Assembly (NCBI RefSeq): GCF_043235035.1
Contig: NZ_JAZAQF010000042.1
Span: forward strand, 90,909-114,908
Length of the DNA: 24,000 bases
From: Limnothrix redekei LRLZ20PSL1
GTDB taxonomy: Bacteria > Cyanobacteriota > Cyanobacteriia > CACIAM-69d
Reading direction: 5' to 3'
Position numbers and translations under genes: made by a program
Notes under the pieces: model-generated
Database searches by the model: none
Seen by the model: only the letters and a program-made list of their open reading frames with translations
What the model was told of the DNA's origin: nothing
Shown here: positions 21,150-24,000 of the stretch, in pieces
How positions within the stretch are numbered: position 1 is the first letter of the stretch
Layout of the letters: every line of letters begins with the position of its first letter

Positions 21150-23873
21150 TCATTGTCCACTGTCATTGCCAGTCAATGGGCCACGAACTACTAAAATTGT
21201 GCCTTGAAATTGCTGGGCGATCGTGGCCGGCAAGTTGCCATGAATGACCTGTTTGAGTAGGCTTTCTCGGCTGGCTCCTAACACAATCACTTGGCTATCT
21301 AGGCTTTCGGCCAAGTGCAAAATGGTTTCAGCCACCTGATCCGCACAGAGAGCCAGCGCCGTGACTGAAGTGGGGCTGGTTTTGGTGAGGCGAGCGGTGG
21401 CCTGATCCAAAAGATCGGTCGTCCAGGGTTGCGCCGCCGATTCGCTGAAGTCTGGTTCCTCACTGGTGGCCACCTTGGGCACGACTTGGCAGAGGGTGAC
21501 GGCGGCCGATCGGGTCAGACCCAACAGCGGCGGCAACAGGTTCAGGGCCCGCTCCACATTGGGCCCACCACTAATCGGCACTAACCAGCGATCGAGACTG
21601 AGCATGGCTTGCACCGCCTCTTGCTGACGGATTCGCGGCCGTTTGAATAGGTCTTCTCCCCATTTCACCAACATGATTTCGCAGGGGGCATCGTTTAACA
21701 GTCGGGCGATCGAGTCGCCAAAAACCGGCAATCCCGGCCGGGCGATCGCCCCTTGCCAACCCATAATCACCAAGTCGATTCGCCGCCGTTGAATCACTTC
21801 CAAAATGGCTTCGGCCGGATCCCGGGCCAAGCAAATTTGGCTATGGATGGGGATGTGCCATTGGCGGCCGGCGCGGGTTGCCCGTTCAAACAGTTTGCGC
21901 ATGGGGGCCACCAGTGCCGGATCGATCGAGGTTTCCGCCGGGGACTGACCCAAAGGAACCAACATCACATGCAAGCATTCCACCTCCGCCTGTCGATCGC
22001 GCGCGATGGCCAGCGCCAACCGCAACAGCCCCAAGGCCGCCGCTGGATTGGCGATCGGCACCAAAATTCGTGATCGCCCCGTGTTGGGCCCCCGGGTTTT
22101 ATAGATGGCATAGGCGGGCCGGCGCGGCTGCTGGGGATTAATTTCTCCCCCCAGTCGTTTGGACTCAACGCGCAACAGATCGCTACGCGTGACAATGCCC
22201 ACCAGCCTTTGCCCTTCCAACACGGGCAGTCGTCCCAGTTTGTAGCGACTGAGCAAAAAGCGAATATCCGACAGCCGATCGTCAATTTGCACCGCGATCG
22301 GCTGGGGAGTCATGGCCGCCGTCACCCGATCGGTGGCGGCCAAATCCTCGGCATCCAAATCCGTGATGTCCGATTGGGTCAAAATGCCCACCAAATTTCC
22401 CCGATCGTCCACCACCGGAAAACCGCGATGGTGAGAATCGGCAAACCGTTGGCGGGCCGTTTCCAGGGTTTGGCTGGCCCGCAGGGTTTCCACCGGATGA
22501 TTCATCACATCCTTGGCTGTTAAATCCGCTAGCAAATCCACATCGGGAATAGGTTCCGACTCCAACCCCTTGAGGGCCAGCAGTCGATCGTATAAAGAGC
22601 CAGAATCCAGGCGATCGGCCACTAAATAGGCCACCGTGGAACCAATGGTGAGCGGTAACACCAAGTTAAAATCCGCCGCCATTTCAAACACAATCGCGAT
22701 CGCCGTGATTGGTACCCGCGACACCGCCGCAAAAAATGCCCCCATCCCGGCCAGAGCGTAGGTGGCGATCGAGGGGGCCCCCACGAGGGCCCCCACCACG
22801 CTGCCCAAGGCAGCTCCTAAAATCAGCGAAGGACCAAACAAGCCCCCCGGCGCACCGGAACCAAAGGCCACCAAAGTCAACAGGAAATGGGCCCCAAAGG
22901 CGATCGCCGCACCCTGCCAAGCCGTCCCCCCCAACACCAAATCTTCCCGCAGCCAGCTATAGTTCCAAAACGCCGCTGGCAACATCGCCATACCCAGGCC
23001 CGTAATTCCACCAGCCAGGGCCATCCGCTCCGGCAACCCCCATTGCAACCGGCGATAAAGACCCAAGCTGGCAATCACCCCCCGATTGAAATTGGCTCCC
23101 AACCAGCCGGCCAACAAACCCAACAACAGATAGGCCGGAATATCCCGTGCCGTAAATTCCGTGGCCACCCGCGATAGGTTCAAGCTCACGGGCAAAATAT
23201 CACCGCCCAAGGACTGTGCCACCACCGCTCCCACAAAGGCCGCCAACAGAGCCGGCCCCAGGGTCAAACCCGATACATCATGCAGCAGCTCTTCCACCGC
23301 AAACAGCACACCCGCGATCGGGGCATTAAACCCAGCCGCCAAACCAGCAGCGGCCCCAGCGGCAATTGTTTGGCGACGATAGGCCGGCGAAGTGGGAATC
23401 CAGCGACTGAGTTGGGCCGCGATGGAAGCGCCCACATGCACCGTGGGCCCCTGACGACCCAGGGTTAACCCAGACCCCAAGGTGAGCGTGGTGGCCAATA
23501 ATTTGACCCAGACGGCCCGCCAATCCAGCAGGATCGGCCCAAAGGCCAGCTTGGCCTTGACTTGCGGAATGCCACTGCCCCCAGCGTCCGGCGAAAAGCG
23601 CTGCACCAACCAACCAGCCAGCCAACAACCCACCACCCCCACCGCCGCCAACGCCAGGGCCGGCACGGGGCTACGGGTGGCGATCGCGATCCGCTGGGTT
23701 CCCACCCAAGCGGCCCCCCACTTCATCAACACAGCCGCCAACCCAGCAATTAGCCCGATCGTGCAAGACTCCAGCAGGGCCAAGGTCTTGGGACGCATGA
23801 ATGGCCGTACCCACCGCAGGGGATGCCATTGCTCGCCAAAGGGGTTATAGCGGCGATACCAATCGTTTGCCAC
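21150..23873 (-). CDS. ClC-family chloride channel/transporter fused to a CBS pair and two USP-like domains
   Basis: 907 aa. ClC selectivity motifs GSGIPQV, GRQGPTVH and GAPGGLFGPSL. Two CBS-like segments follow (DVMNHPVETL...GFPVVDDRGNLVGILTQSDI; ...LGRLPVLEGQRLVGIVTRSDLL), then two USP-like alpha/beta modules (RILVPIANP...DLVIMGW; RWLVPISGGPN...VIVLGASRE). The track start at 23873 is GTG. The first ATG is at 23798. Confidence 0.9.
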   Translation of the reverse strand: MANDWYRRYNPFGEQWHPLRWVRPFMRPKTLALLESCTIGLIAGLAAVLMKWGAAWVGTQRIAIATRSPVPALALAAVGVVGCWLAGWLVQRFSPDAGGSGIPQVKAKLAFGPILLDWRAVWVKLLATTLTLGSGLTLGRQGPTVHVGASIAAQLSRWIPTSPAYRRQTIAAGAAAGLAAGFNAPIAGVLFAVEELLHDVSGLTLGPALLAAFVGAVVAQSLGGDILPVSLNLSRVATEFTARDIPAYLLLGLLAGWLGANFNRGVIASLGLYRRLQWGLPERMALAGGITGLGMAMLPAAFWNYSWLREDLVLGGTAWQGAAIAFGAHFLLTLVAFGSGAPGGLFGPSLILGAALGSVVGALVGAPSIATYALAGMGAFFAAVSRVPITAIAIVFEMAADFNLVLPLTIGSTVAYLVADRLDSGSLYDRLLALKGLESEPIPDVDLLADLTAKDVMNHPVETLRASQTLETARQRFADSHHRGFPVVDDRGNLVGILTQSDITDLDAEDLAATDRVTAAMTPQPIAVQIDDRLSDIRFLLSRYKLGRLPVLEGQRLVGIVTRSDLLRVESKRLGGEINPQQPRRPAYAIYKTRGPNTGRSRILVPIANPAAALGLLRLALAIARDRQAEVECLHVMLVPLGQSPAETSIDPALVAPMRKLFERATRAGRQWHIPIHSQICLARDPAEAILEVIQRRRIDLVIMGWQGAIARPGLPVFGDSIARLLNDAPCEIMLVKWGEDLFKRPRIRQQEAVQAMLSLDRWLVPISGGPNVERALNLLPPLLGLTRSAAVTLCQVVPKVATSEEPDFSESAAQPWTTDLLDQATARLTKTSPTSVTALALCADQVAETILHLAESLDSQVIVLGASRESLLKQVIHGNLPATIAQQFQGTILVVRGPLTGNDSGQ

Positions 23874-23946
23874 AAACGCGCTTCCTGAAAACGATCACGC
23901 AGCATGATCGCGCCGAACGATCCGATCAGTCAGGAGGCGAGTGCCA

Positions 23947-24000
23947 ATGGCCTCACTGCCAGCCGACGATCATTTGAGGGCTATTCAAGTCCTACTGAAT
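23947..24000 (+). CDS. Possible 5' end of an unidentified gene (18 codons, runs off the right edge)
   Basis: AGGAGG at 23932-23937 lies 9 nt before ATG 23947 (MASLPADDHLRAIQVLLN...). It is too short to classify. Confidence 0.3.
   Translation, partial: MASLPADDHLRAIQVLLN

Noticed and set aside
1-24000. tRNA, rRNA, transposase, integrase or cas genes anywhere in the window
   Set aside because: I found no T-loop (GGTTCGAATCC-type) or rRNA signatures. No ORF has a DDE, tyrosine-recombinase or serine-recombinase motif or a Cas motif.

Overview
This window looks like a cyanobacterial chromosome segment. The HIP1 octamer GCGATCGC is very frequent (five exact copies in the first ~760 bp) and G+C is well above 50% by eye. 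Most of it is ordinary conserved gene content: ubiA, purS, a Fur-family regulator, rbsK, thrB, a HAD hydrolase, a lipid kinase, a cupin, a SnoaL-like protein, a MEKHLA protein, trhO, dtd, a CRR6-like protein, a DUF2808-like protein, an HtrA protease, a pentapeptide-repeat protein, coaE, an ArsS-like radical SAM enzyme, a DUF3531-like protein and a ClC-CBS-USP channel. A partial LRR/TPR gene at the left edge is missing from the ORF track. No tRNA, rRNA, CRISPR array, transposase or integrase was seen.

Two AT-rich islets with no HIP1 copy interrupt this backbone, and they are the main leads.

(1) 8063-10211 carries one 689-aa KAP-type P-loop NTPase. It has no membrane insert and no recognisable effector domain. 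Its stop codon is interlocked with the stop of the convergent native MEKHLA gene.

(2) ~11973-13768 is a type II restriction-modification cassette inserted 8 bp after the stop of the CRR6-like gene, inside a co-directional native gene string. The endonuclease ORF is intact. The beta-class methyltransferase has a 1-nt frameshift exactly at the SAM-binding motif I. The ORF track hides this by showing a 409-aa ORF with a wrong N-terminus and a truncated C-terminus.

The two islets lie 1.8 kb apart and share an 11-mer at their edges, so this may be a small defence hotspot. The stand-alone KAP NTPase is the best candidate for an undescribed system.

The window also holds many short tandem-repeat arrays with units of 7, 9, 10, 12, 13, 15 and 17 bp. 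Several lie in or against coding ends. There is also a nested palindromic element. All protein family calls come from motif recognition by eye, with no database search.
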